Shown: positions 22,553-33,397 of the stretch, piece by piece
How the letters are laid out: the number at the start of each line of letters is the position of its first letter
Position numbering within the stretch: position 1 is the stretch's first letter
Assembly (NCBI GenBank): GCA_964019335.1
Contig: OZ025711.1
Span: 1-64,000 of the forward strand
Origin: Diplonema japonicum
Lineage: Eukaryota > Protista > Euglenozoa: Diplonemea
Reading direction: 5' to 3'
Length of the DNA: 64,000 nt
Notes under the pieces: model-generated
What the model saw: the letters and a program-made list of their open reading frames with translations, nothing else
Told to the model about the DNA's origin: nothing
The model's database searches: none
Position numbers and translations under genes: made by a program

Positions 22553-23296
22553 AGAATGTTGGGGGAAATGATGTGTTTGGTCTCTTCTTCCTTCAGGCGT
22601 CCTGCCACATACCGCAGGTACCCTTAAATGTCTCTTTTTTTTTTTTTTTTTTTTTTTCCCGCTCTCCCTTCCTTTTGGGTTTTGATCAGGCCTGTTGAGT
22701 TTGACATAATTTTTGTGGTTTAGCTCCACACGGAGGTCAGTGACAGTGATCTCCATAAAGCTGAAACAATTTCATGCATCATGTGTAGTTTGCAAAAGGA
22801 AAACAAAAAGACATTCACAACCACAAAAAGCCTCCCTCTGGGGTTTAAAGAAAAGCATTGGGTGTGTTCACAAAGAGACCTTCACTATATCACTTGTGTC
22901 ATCACAGGGCGGGTGTCCCTCCCTCGTGTCCACAGTCCATCAGCAGCTTATGTGGAAACGTTCGTATCATTCAATTGTCAAACTCGAAAGATGGTGATTT
23001 AGTTTTTGTTTGTCATCACTTGTGTTGTATTTCTACTGGTTTTTCTTGCAGTCGAAAAAAAAAAAAGAGGGTGGATACGATCAGGCCTGTTGAGTTTGAC
23101 ATAATTTTTGTGGTTTAGCTCCACACGGAGGTCAGTGACAGTGATCTCCATAAAGCTGAAACAATTTCATGCATCATGTGTAGTTTGCAAAAGCAAGTGA
23201 AAATACAAGCCACAAAAAGCATCCCTCTGGGGTTTAAAGAAAAGCATTGGGTGTGTTCACAAAGAGACCTTCACTATATCACTTGTGTCACACAGG

Positions 23297-23471
23297 TGAT
23301 GTATTACACATGGTTGTCCCACGCCGCGTCAGGGCCTGAAGGCTGCACAGCTGGGTTAGAATATGTGTACCGCAGCAAGGGGCTTGCGCCCCCTGTTGGC
23401 TTGCTTTACGAACCGATCAGCGGGGAGCTGTGCACCATCAGCAAGGTGCCTCCCATCCAAGAGTCGGTCGA
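23297..23471 (-). ncRNA. snR30: snR30/U17 H/ACA snoRNA, copy 3
   Basis: Near-identical to copy 1, with m1, m2, H and ACA retained. Confidence 0.85.
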
Positions 23472-23612
23472 TTTGTTATTGTAAAAAAAAAAAAAGAAGA
23501 TGTCTTTGAGGCAACCTGCAGTATGTGACAGGATCGCCTAAAAAAGATAATCTTCCTTCAAATTTTCATTGAATCGCAATAAGAATAATATATAAAAAAA
23601 AAAAAAAAAAAT

Positions 23613-24467
23613 CTACGATAAGAAAACAACCGTGTGCTCGACAGCCTCGGCACGGCAGACAGGACAGACACACGCCCCCGTTTCGGATAACTTTTCAAAG
23701 CAGGCGTTGCAAAGCACTAAATGCTTACAGGGCATCAGCAGGATGGTGGAGGGGTACTCCGTGCAGCAGATACAAAGGTGTTTTGAGGCCGCTTCCGATA
23801 ATCGTGCGTCTATGGCCGCCTGCACGCACTGTATAGAAGAGATGAGAAGATCACGGTGCTCACAGAGCTGAGAGGAGGTTAGATGAGAGAGGGTGTCTCC
23901 GTAATGAGTTGCAAGGACCTTCTTGAGGTGTTGACTCTGCGACTGCGCCGTTATTAACCTGAGCTTGCATTCTAAAATATACGTGACTGTGGTCGGGAGG
24001 CTCGAGTGGGGGGAGAGATATTTTTTAAGGTCGTTCTGATGCGTCTCGTCCCCGAGTTCGATGAGGACTGTTGATTTTTCATCGTTGTCAGGATTGACGT
24101 GAAGCGCGCAGTAGCCCGAGACCGACTTAAGCTTTACAACGACTGCCCTTTCTGTAAGGCCAACTGCATCGATTTCAGATGTCCCAAGTGACACCCTTGC
24201 ACCGCCTCCTTCTTCCGTGACCACACCCATGGATATAGAGCCTTCGCTGTCCACTTCCATCCAGGATTTTCTTGCGGATTGATAGCCACCTAGTACCACC
24301 GATTTGCATACTACCTTTACCTCGCATTTCGTAGGCGCTGCATCTTGGAGCAGCAACGGGGGTGGGACTGAGCTTATATGCTGCGAGGTGTTCTGTTGTT
24401 GCCGGTTTCTCTTTGCTGATGTGGGAGTGCTGGAGAACGGTGATCTTAAGCCTTGTTTGCGTTTCAT
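23613..24467 (-). CDS. C3HC4 RING-finger protein (putative E3 ligase)
   Basis: C-terminal LCICCTEYPSTILLMPCKHLVLCNACFEKL...CPVCR. Confidence 0.85.
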   Translation of the reverse strand: MKRKQGLRSPFSSTPTSAKRNRQQQNTSQHISSVPPPLLLQDAAPTKCEVKVVCKSVVLGGYQSARKSWMEVDSEGSISMGVVTEEGGGARVSLGTSEIDAVGLTERAVVVKLKSVSGYCALHVNPDNDEKSTVLIELGDETHQNDLKKYLSPHSSLPTTVTYILECKLRLITAQSQSQHLKKVLATHYGDTLSHLTSSQLCEHRDLLISSIQCVQAAIDARLSEAASKHLCICCTEYPSTILLMPCKHLVLCNACFEKLSETGACVCPVCRAEAVEHTVVFLS

Positions 24468-25070
24468 TTTTTTTTCTTCTTCTTCTTCTTCTTCCCCCTG
24501 TCAGAAATAGGAGAGAAATAGAGGGGGGTGTAATGAAAAAGACTTTTAACAAGAAAGAGAAAAAAAGGGGGGGGGACCGCAATAATGGGTACCCCAGACG
24601 GGGAGGGGGAGAAGGAGGAGGAGGGGGGGGGTTTTTTTCTTTTCCCTCTTCGAGGCGCAAGGCTCTGGATTGATTCATGCAATAGTAATATTATATGTCA
24701 TAGCTATTCTGTTTTTTTTTTTTTTTTTTTTTTTTTTTCCCCTCATTTTTTTTTTTTTTTTTTTTTCCATTTCCCCCCCCTTTTTCTTCTCCCTCTGGAA
24801 AGAGACCCGCTTGGAAAAAAGTTTTAGATGGAATGGTAACGTTTTATAGGAAAACGAGATTTAGGGCGGGTAGGGGGGGGGAAGAAGTGTAAATTAGCTA
24901 TTTATTTCTTTCTTTCTTTTTTTTACTTTTTTTTTTGAGGGGGGAAGGCGACGGAGCAACACAAAAGAAGAGATAGGGAAAAGAAGAAGAAAAAACGAAT
25001 GAAAGATTGCTTCCGTCCCCCCCTATGCAGGGTGTAGGACACTCCTGCTTTTTTTTTTTTTTCCTTCTCC

Positions 25071-25300
25071 TCATCCCTTGATGGTCGTTGCACTCGCACA
25101 TGAAGGCGAAGGTATCTCATTATCCATGGGGTTGTTCACAGGGGAAGCCAAACAGCACCTGGCCATCTTGACAGTTCTCAAGCGTGCGGGGTGCGAGTGT
25201 TCTTGCTCCAGGTCCCTATAGTGCCGTCGCTTCTTCGGTGCACCCAGCCGAGAGAGCCGCCTTCCCACGCGGGCATTACGCGCGCGAGAACATGCAACCC

Positions 25301-25304
<4 letters not shown>
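25071..25304 (-). CDS. Possible small N-acylated basic protein
   Basis: ATG directly after a long A-run; MGVACS fits the MGxxxS myristoylation motif with a nearby Cys; GC-rich island among homopolymers. Confidence 0.4.
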
Positions 25305-25339
<35 letters not shown>

Positions 25340-25425
25340 CCCGTAGTTTTTTACTCACATTTCCGTTTCTCCTGGATTTTTTTTTTGAGAAAAGTAGGGA
25401 GGGGGGAAAAAAAAATTTTTTTTTT

Positions 25426-26889
25426 CTACTTCAACCCCAACAATATTAACCCGGCCGCCCCTGGAAGCAACAACACCACCGACATCACAATACCGTAGAA
25501 ATTGTCGAATAGTACTTGATACACCGACGTGAGCTTCTCGGGGCAAAACCGCCCCCATTCGCAACCCTTGTCCAGCACCGGGAAGAACCCAGACTCGTTG
25601 AAAAACAGAAAATTCCTCGTGAGATGATACGATTGCGACCGAGGGGTGTATGCGTACGAGGCCGTCTCAGGCTGGGGGAAAACTATCGCGTTCAAAATAG
25701 TAAATACCGTTAAATGGAAGGAGGTACCGGTTGTCGAGCCCTTAGTGAGCCCGGAGGTTACGTACTGGGGAAAACACACGATCGGGTCGTACTTTGAACA
25801 GATATCCCCTTCTGCGTAAAGGTGATGATCGCCTCCTACAAACGAAACCCGGAATTTTTTCGCGCTTGCGTGGGAAAAAAGAATGGATAAAACTTCGTTG
25901 ATTTCCTGCTCGAAAACTTCAAGGCCAGGGTACCTTTCACGTTCCCAAACATCGGCGATTTCAGACATTTTTCGCCCGATGAACAAAAGAGGTATTTGAG
26001 TGGCGAAGACGATGTGTTCAAACCCATTGTCAATGTGTTCCTCCAACCTCCGTTTCAAAAACGAAATCTGCCTCGGCCCGAAAAATGTTCTCACCGTGGA
26101 TGTTTCTCGCAATCTTTCAAAACGGCCGTCAAGTACCACCAACAGCGTACTAGAATGTATCCTCTTTGAAAAGTATACAGGTGTCTCGGTGTCCAAAGGA
26201 AAATGTAAATCCTTATGAAGCTGTACCTGGTACAAAAAGTAAGCTTTTAGGCCGGCGGAAATCAGTTTCGGCCGATAATTCTTTACGGTCATCCAGTGAT
26301 CAATGTTTGAGATAACATCATGGTCGTCACCGATCATAAAATTCTGTGAGGTTCGCAAAAGGAGAGACATGTCTGGTGAGTTCCATGTTTTGTGGTATTT
26401 TTGTCGGAATAGTTGGTACAAATCTGATTCATCCAAGGTGGTGTTGTTGTGTGCGATATCGTCAGCGTAGATTTGATCACCGAGATGAACAACAAGGTCT
26501 CTTGTGTGAAAATTTGCGTTCATGAAGGGCAGCATTCCACCGTCTGTGTCCTCCGTGTTGCGGTTGCATGATGCGAATATCACACCAGATCCCTTGGTTA
26601 TTAATATGGGGACGGTGGTCTTCCCATCGGATATTTCGCCTTTGTGCGGTTTGTTGTTTATGTCCAGGCCTCTTGCGACAACGAGCTCCGGGTCGTTGCC
26701 CGTGAGGCTGACCTTGATCTCCGGTAGCTTTTCGATTTTAATTGTGATATTTTCTATTGGTTTCAAACTGTCCACTAGAATCCTTTGCGCGGTGTCATTT
26801 TCACACCTTGTACCCAAAACAACCAGAAATGGTGACACCGGAACGCACAAGCCGATCGTTGTTACAATATGTAACAATTTTATTTTCAT
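25426..26889 (-). CDS. PhoD-like (alkaline phosphatase D) metallophosphatase with C-terminal TM
   Basis: FASCN, VHLGDQIYAD, IGDDHDV, LDGRFER, GGDHH motifs; N-terminal signal and C-terminal hydrophobic anchor. Confidence 0.88.
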   Translation of the reverse strand: MKIKLLHIVTTIGLCVPVSPFLVVLGTRCENDTAQRILVDSLKPIENITIKIEKLPEIKVSLTGNDPELVVARGLDINNKPHKGEISDGKTTVPILITKGSGVIFASCNRNTEDTDGGMLPFMNANFHTRDLVVHLGDQIYADDIAHNNTTLDESDLYQLFRQKYHKTWNSPDMSLLLRTSQNFMIGDDHDVISNIDHWMTVKNYRPKLISAGLKAYFLYQVQLHKDLHFPLDTETPVYFSKRIHSSTLLVVLDGRFERLRETSTVRTFFGPRQISFLKRRLEEHIDNGFEHIVFATQIPLLFIGRKMSEIADVWERERYPGLEVFEQEINEVLSILFSHASAKKFRVSFVGGDHHLYAEGDICSKYDPIVCFPQYVTSGLTKGSTTGTSFHLTVFTILNAIVFPQPETASYAYTPRSQSYHLTRNFLFFNESGFFPVLDKGCEWGRFCPEKLTSVYQVLFDNFYGIVMSVVLLLPGAAGLILLGLK

Positions 26890-29432
26890 TTTTTTTTTTT
26901 TTCGTTGTGCTAATTTTATGATGAGGGGAAAACCATTTTAAAAAAAAAAAAACCAAAAAAAAATAACGGGGTGGGGGGGCTGGGGAGAGAAAAAAAAAAT
27001 TGTGAGAGAGAAAAAAAAGGGGGGAAATGGAAAGGGGGGGGGGATAATTTTGTGTGGTCTTTTGTGTGCATTTTTTTTTCTTTTTTTTTTCAGTTACTTT
27101 CCCCCCCCCCCCCCTTCTCTTCCTCCTTTTGCGAAAAGAGAAAGAGAGGGGGGCGAAAAATCAAACATGTGGGAAGTTTCTTTGTCGGTTTTTTAAAAAA
27201 AAAAATCCTTTTTCTTTGAAAAGGCTTTTTTTTCGAAAGAAATCGGGGTGGGGTGATATATATGGAAGGCAAAAATAAAAAGGGGGTATATAGTCAGAAA
27301 GTTTTCTGTTCAGGGAGGGCTTTATTTTAAAAAAAAAAGGTTTTTTGTTAATAAAAGAGAGAAATGTAAAATGTAAAATAAAAAACTAACACTTTTTTTT
27401 TTTTTTTTTTTTTTTTTTCTTATTCAAACCCGGAAAAATCAGGTTTTGTTTTCTTTCAATATGGCCCTAACTTTCCAAAAGCGTATTTAAGTTATTCCAA
27501 CCGTGCCACCTAGACGAGCTATCTGAAGGAAAGCTGGGAAAAAAAAAAAAAAAAAAAAAACCATGAAAGACAGCCTTTGGCAAACCCGAAAAAGTTTCAA
27601 AACCAAGCTAGCTTTGATTCCCCCACAAAAAAATTGGTTACACGTGACATTTTTTTTTTTTTTTTTTTTTTTTTTTGGAAATTTAGGATCATACTTGTTT
27701 TTTTTTTCTTCGCAATGAAATAAAATAATAATAAAAAAAAAATTGCCTTTTTTTTTTTAGACACAACACCGCACAAAAAAAAATACACAACGAAAAAAAT
27801 AGAACAGAGAACTGGATCGAGGCTTTGTTTTTTTTTTTTTCCTTCGTTTCTCTTCTTTTTCTAACTTGTATTGAGGGGGTGGGGAAATGAAGAGGTGGGG
27901 GCTACGAAGGTAAGAAGAAAATATTTGTGGACACTTGAAAAAAAAAAAAGAAAGGCTATATTATTCTGAGAATCAAAGCCAAAGGAAGGAAAACAAGAGG
28001 GAAAAAAAATGGGGTGGGTCAAGGGGTGGGTGGGAAAAGGGGTATCAGTGTAGAATCCGTTTTCTTATTATTCTTTTTTTTTTGAATTTTTTTTTTTAGA
28101 AAAGATAAATTTTTTATTCTTTTTTCCCTTCATTACAAAAAAAAAAAAAAAGGTAGGGAGTGGGAAGAGGTTGCCTGGCGAAGATGTAGCAGCAAGAAAC
28201 ACAGGGAAAACAACAAAAAATTGCAAGAATTTATTGGTACTTTTTTTTTATTTCTCTAGTTGTACTTAATTGAGTAAGTACGGGAGGTACAAGGAAGTAT
28301 CAAGTGACAGTATAATTTTTTTTCTCCCCCCCTTGCATTTCGGTTCATATCTTCTTTTTTCCCCCCCCCCTTCTCTTCTGCTCTTCCCCGAGTTTCTTTT
28401 TTTTTTAAAATTTTTCTCTCTAAGGGGGAAAAAGGGAGAAAAAAAAAAAGAAGGAGAAGTGGATGAAAAGGGGGACAAAATAGGAAAAAAAGATGGCCCA
28501 GATACATGTCAGTGCAGAGGGGGCGTGAAAAAAAAATTTTTTTTTTCTTTTTGGTACTTTGAGAGGGGGGTGAATTTGCTCTAGGAGGGATGATGAAGAA
28601 AAGATGGGCGGCATATTTTTATTCCTATAAGCGGCAAACAAATGAATAAAAAGGGGGGGGGGGAATATCTAGATGAAGGACGGGGGGGTAAAAGTAAATA
28701 GAGTGCCTTGCGGGAGGTGTAAGAGGTATAAAAAAAAGAAAAGATTCTTTTTTTTCTTAGGCAGGGGTACAGAGAGAAGGGGTGGGGGAAAGGATTGGAA
28801 AAAATACAAAAAGGGGTTTGTGGGCCTTTTGGAGGGGAGTCGTAACACGTGAGAGGTGCAGGGAGGTGGGTATGGGGGAGAATGGCAGGTGCATTTGTGT
28901 TCGTCTTTTTTTTTGCAGGGGGTGGGATATGCAAAAAAAAAAAAATATTTTTTTCTTCTTTTTCTTTTTTCTTTTTTTTCATTCATGTCGAAAGCCTTCC
29001 TTGGCTCCTTTTTTTTTTTTAAAAAAAAACTCTCTCAGTCAAAAATATTACCCCCCCCAAAAAAAAGTCCACAAAAAAAATCTTCTTCTTTCCTTCCCTT
29101 CCCTCTTCGGGTTCTTACTACCTCATTTTTTTTTTCTTTTTCGTTTTTATTTTTATGATCCAGTTTGTTTCTCTGTACTATTCTTTAAAAAAAATAAAAA
29201 ATGGTATGCAAAAAAAAGGTAAAAAAAGTGCACATTTTTTTTTTTTTGAATATGTGTTGTGTTATTTTTCTTTTTTTTTCTCTTTAGAAAAAAAGTACAT
29301 TTTTTTTTTATACACAATTTTTTTTTTTAAACCCATTTTTTCTCGCTATGTCTAGACACCCTGCAGGCGGTGGTGGCGGGGGTTCCTTTCGTGCATCCCC
29401 TGGTCTGTGGAGGAGAAAAAACAAATGTTTAA

Positions 29433-31042
29433 CCCTTGCCCAGGGGGGGGGGGGGGGGGGGGGGGGGGTAATTGATTTTCGAAATTTTTCGATTTTGGGT
29501 CTTTGTTGGCATTGGGTCAAACATGCTGAGTCTTGAGGTTATTTTTTGATTCGGGGTACGCATTTGAAAGATTTGAAAGATTTGCGTTCATTCCACTAAA
29601 TATTTAGTGTTTTCGACCCATGGAGGTGCATCGACCGGATGCCATGAGTTCATTTGCTTTTCCTGGAAATCATGCATGCGAAACTCGCTAAAATCTCAGT
29701 GTGCATGGGGGTGTTCACTGTTCTGGTGCCTGCGGTGACTGTTTGTCGCAATGAGATGGACGGCATCTGGGCGAGAAACATTTACATGGAGTTGTGCAAG
29801 GCAGGGAGGCAATTTGGTTCGAGGAGAAGAGACCTCGTGCCATAGCTGTGTCCAAGGTGCCAGAGGTATGCACTCTCGGTTTGGCGTTGGCCGGGAAGGC
29901 TGACCTTCCGCATCGTGCTGAGCATTTCTGGACTTCCGCTTACCCGGGGGGTCATCCCAGGGGTTGGAGGTGAGCACTCTCTTCCTTTTTCCAGCTGCTC
30001 TGGCGTCACGACGGTCACAATTTCAGGAAGTATTGTTGCACCATCCCGGCACATTCCTTCCATTTCCCGTGTGACCACGAAGCACACCACGAAGCACACC
30101 ACGAGTACCCCGGGCTGGGACCGAACCCGACGACGATGGGGACAATCGACCAGAGGGCCTGCACGAGCGACCCGAACCTCCTGTGCAAGTGGGACGGGAC
30201 CAAATGCGACCCGAAGCCCTGTGGAGCGATGGGAGAAGTGGTTGAAGGCGCCGAATGCAGACTGCCCAGAGGGACACGGCGGTGGACGCCCGTGTGCAAG
30301 CCGGTCGCAACGTGCACGGTGACGACAGACGGCGGCGTGCAAGAGCGAACTGCGTCTGGGACCGCGAGAACTCGGTGTCCAGGGACACGCGGTACCCGAC
30401 CCAGGGAGCTCCGCGGCGAGCAGCGACTGTGGATGGACGGGTGATGTACGCGGGGAAGAAGTGAACGGCGGCGAGGACACAGGCAGACTGCAAGGCTTGC
30501 GATTGCTGCTCGTGGAACGCTGCAGCAGCGTGCTCGCAGGACCGTTGCCAGCCTCTGAACCGCCGAACTGCGGGAGGTGCCACTGGGACGCAACGAAGAA
30601 CGAGTGCATCCCCGACTACAAAAAAACCATCCGTTCTCCAGAAAGGTGGGCCACCTGTTTCGGAGGATCCCAACCGGGCCCATAACTACATCGTCATCGC
30701 GGTCCTTGTAAATAAAAAAGAATGGAGGATTGAGGTAGAGAGGTGGATTTAACCCATATGAACATTGCAGGTCGACGGGAACTGCTCAAAAAAAAAAAGG
30801 GAAAAAATCATGAAAATCCGGAAAATGCCCATTTTTGGTGTCACCCGGTGTCTCGGCACCCCGTTCTGGGATGAAGTTATGAGGTTTCAGATGGATACAA
30901 ATAGCGCATTTAACGCAGATTTTCAATATCTTTTCATTCCATCTTTTTTTTTATGAAAACCGATCCGAGGCTTTGGTCTAGATGACCACAGAACAATCAC
31001 ACCTATTAACTGCTTCTACAGAAGCAGTTGGGCGTTTAAGGG
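29433..31042. mobile_element. Putative piggyBac-type non-autonomous element with cargo
   Basis: TTAA|CCCTT at 29429-29437 and AAGGG|TTAA at 31038-31046 bracket a compositionally anomalous island. TIR similarity continues only imperfectly (CCCTT-GCCCA vs CCCTTAAACGCCCA). Subterminal palindrome AACTGCTTCT-AC-AGAAGCAGTT. Confidence 0.45.
29672..30685 (+). pseudogene. Degenerate Cys-rich secreted/surface protein gene on the strand opposite the cluster
   Basis: Signal-like MHAKLAKISVCMGVFTVLVPAVTVC; repeated CxWD motifs (CKWDGTKC, CVWDRENS, CHWDATKNEC) spread over different frames, implying frameshifts. Confidence 0.55.
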
Positions 31043-31071
31043 TTAACAAATAAAAAAAAAAAAAAAAAAAA

Positions 31072-32174
31072 TCATATACCAATTCCTAGCTGCATGCTGT
31101 TGACCATCCCGTGCTGCATCAGCATGGTGTGCTGGAGGTAGGCGTTCGTGACGCTGTCGAGGCCCGGGGCACCTGTGATAGGCACAGGGTACGGAGTGCC
31201 TGATGCAGCAGCCGCAGCAGCAGCCGCAGTGGGCATTGCCGTGGCCGGGGCAGGGGCCCCCGCGGCACCCTTGCACTTGAACTGAGGGAGGCACTCCCAC
31301 TGTGCCCCAAAGGGAGTGTTCACCTGGTGCAGCTGGTTAGGTGACCTCTTCTTCCCGTGTGCCCAGCAGGTCGCGGGCTCGTGGGGGTGAATGGGCGCAG
31401 GAGTCCCCGGAACCTTTTTTTTAAATTTTTCATTTTCTCTTTCTTTCCCCCCCAAACCTGCTCCTTGTTCACATCAACCTGGTTAGCAGGGAGCTTGCAC
31501 TCGGAGCCGGGCCTGCATCGCCACTGGTTGGACCCAGGGAAGGTCTGCTCCACGTTGTTGGGACCACGGGTCTTCTGGTGGATGCTGCAGATCTTTTCGG
31601 GGGGAAAAAAAGAGATTTTTTTTTTTTTTTTTTTTTTTTCAGGTATAAATCATACCACAGCACCAGGGGGCATTGTCCCGTCCTTGGGCTGGGCGTTGGC
31701 AGGGATTTTGCACTCCGAGCCAGACTTGCACTTCCATTGGTTGGACCCAGGGTAAGTGGGCTCAACGTTGTTGGGACCACGCTGCTTGCCGTGGATGCTG
31801 CAGTTCTGCAGAGGGGAGGGAGGGGTAGAGGTTGTTTTCTTTAAGGTTCTCATACAACGTTGCCAGGGGGCACGGTCCCGTCCTTCATGTGGTTCACCTG
31901 GCTCTCGGGGAGCTTGCACTCGGAGCCGGGCTTGCACTTCCACTGGTTGGACCCAGGGAAGGTCTGCTCCACGTTGTTGGGGCCACGGGTCTTCTGGTGG
32001 ATGCTGCACATCTGCAAAATTTTGTTGACGAAAAATAATTCGAAAAAAAAAGAGAAAAAAAAAGGAGAAAAAAAAACACACCATAGCACCGGCGGGGTGC
32101 TGCTTGGTCCTGGAGGGGACACCCTGCTGGGCAGGTCTCCCAGGCTGCTGGTTGGGTACCATAGCTTGCATCAT
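31072..32174 (-). CDS. Protein with four C-x2-H...W-x-C-x5-C putative zinc-finger repeats; exons 32174-32082, 32011-31856, 31805-31656, 31592-31458, 31413-31072
   Basis: Four phase-0 GT-AG introns join the ORF fragments in frame. Repeats read CSIH(Q/G)K(T/Q)RGPNNVE..(F/Y)PGSNQW(K/R)C..GSECK three times, plus CWAHGKKR...QWECLPQFKCK. Confidence 0.85.
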
Positions 32175-32337
32175 TTTTTTTTTCTTCTTTTTTTACGGGG
32201 ACGTAGGGGAAGGGAACGGAAGAGGAAAAAAAAAAGTGTACAAGAGAAAGGGGGTAGTGATGGGTGGGGGGTGGCCCTGAAAAAAAAGAAGGGAAAAAAA
32301 AATCGACCATCAAAGGTAGAGGAAACTAATACAAAAG

Positions 32338-32368
<31 letters not shown>

Positions 32369-32374
32369 CACACA

Positions 32375-33125
32375 TCACTTCGTCACTTTGAAAGTTGTGG
32401 TCGGCTCTTGCTCAGGTCCCATCAGAGAGGACACGGCTTCAACAGTGCAACCTTCTTCCTTTAAAATGTTCAGAACATCTGTGATGGTGGCAAAGGTGAT
32501 GCTCTCGGCCTTAGCACGCTCTCTGCACACAACGAAACAGACAGGTTTTGACGGAAGAGACAACAGCCTCGACAGCGTTTCTGCAAATGGCTGCACCAAC
32601 TCTTTCAGCCAAACGACCTCAGAGGCAAGGATGACATCAAGCCCTGTGTAGTCAATATTGGTGGGGAGCGGTTTTGCCCAATCAAGAGGGCAAGCTGCAG
32701 CAGATCCACCCAAACAACCAATGGGGAAGGAGGTGTGAGACCACGTTGAATTTGAAGGGTCTTGCTGTCCAGAATTGAGCAGGATGTTGGGGTGCAGCAT
32801 ATCGTGGGTAACAGATGTTATGTCTGTTAAAAGTATTTTCGCTCCAGATGCCGCTGCTGCAAGCCCAGCAAGTCCGGTCCCGCTGCCTAGTTCAAGTGTT
32901 TTTTTCCCCTTCACCACATCTCCGAGCCACCCCTTCAGGAGATCTATCATTGTCCAGGCTCCATCCCATACTGTGAACCCTGTTGCCCCAGCCACCGTAA
33001 AATCTTCGTCGAAAAAATTCGGGTTCTGCGCACCATCGTCGTCCTCCAGGTCCTGACGGAGGATACATATTTTTTCCCCGTGTATCGTGTGACGGAGGAT
33101 ACATATTTTTTCCCCGTATAGTGTG
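32375..33125 (-). CDS. METTL21/Methyltransf_16-family protein methyltransferase, 5' end unresolved
   Basis: TGFTVWDGA, LELGSGTGLAGL, LTD, LDW and DVILASEVVW motifs; no in-frame ATG found upstream. Confidence 0.8.
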
Positions 33126-33311
33126 GAAGAGAAAATCAATTTTTTTAAAAGGGGTGACCCCCCCCCCCCCCCCCCCAACCCACAACACTATATTTTTTTC
33201 TTCTTTTTTTAAACACATACAAACCGCTTTTTTTTTTCCCCGCCAACAAAAAAAAAACACTTTTTTTTTTTCTGTTCTATCCTTATTCGGAGACCGCCTT
33301 TGTTTCCAGTT

Positions 33312-33366
<55 letters not shown>

Positions 33367-33397
33367 ACTTTTTTTTGTCGCCCTCTTACCCGACTGA

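Noticed and set aside
21940-23290. SLA1 (SL RNA pseudouridylation guide) in the snR30 cluster
   Set aside because: Expected from trypanosome synteny, but no unit shows a pocket with GAAACUG complementary to the SL sequence CAGUUUC.
21546-23471. CRISPR array or repeated protein-coding ORFs
   Set aside because: Units are 80-175 nt with snoRNA boxes; there are no unique equal-length spacers and no cas genes, and the context is eukaryotic.
27420-27650. Transposon-like interior sequence in the long 27-29 kb spacer
   Set aside because: No termini, TSD or second copy identifiable in the window.
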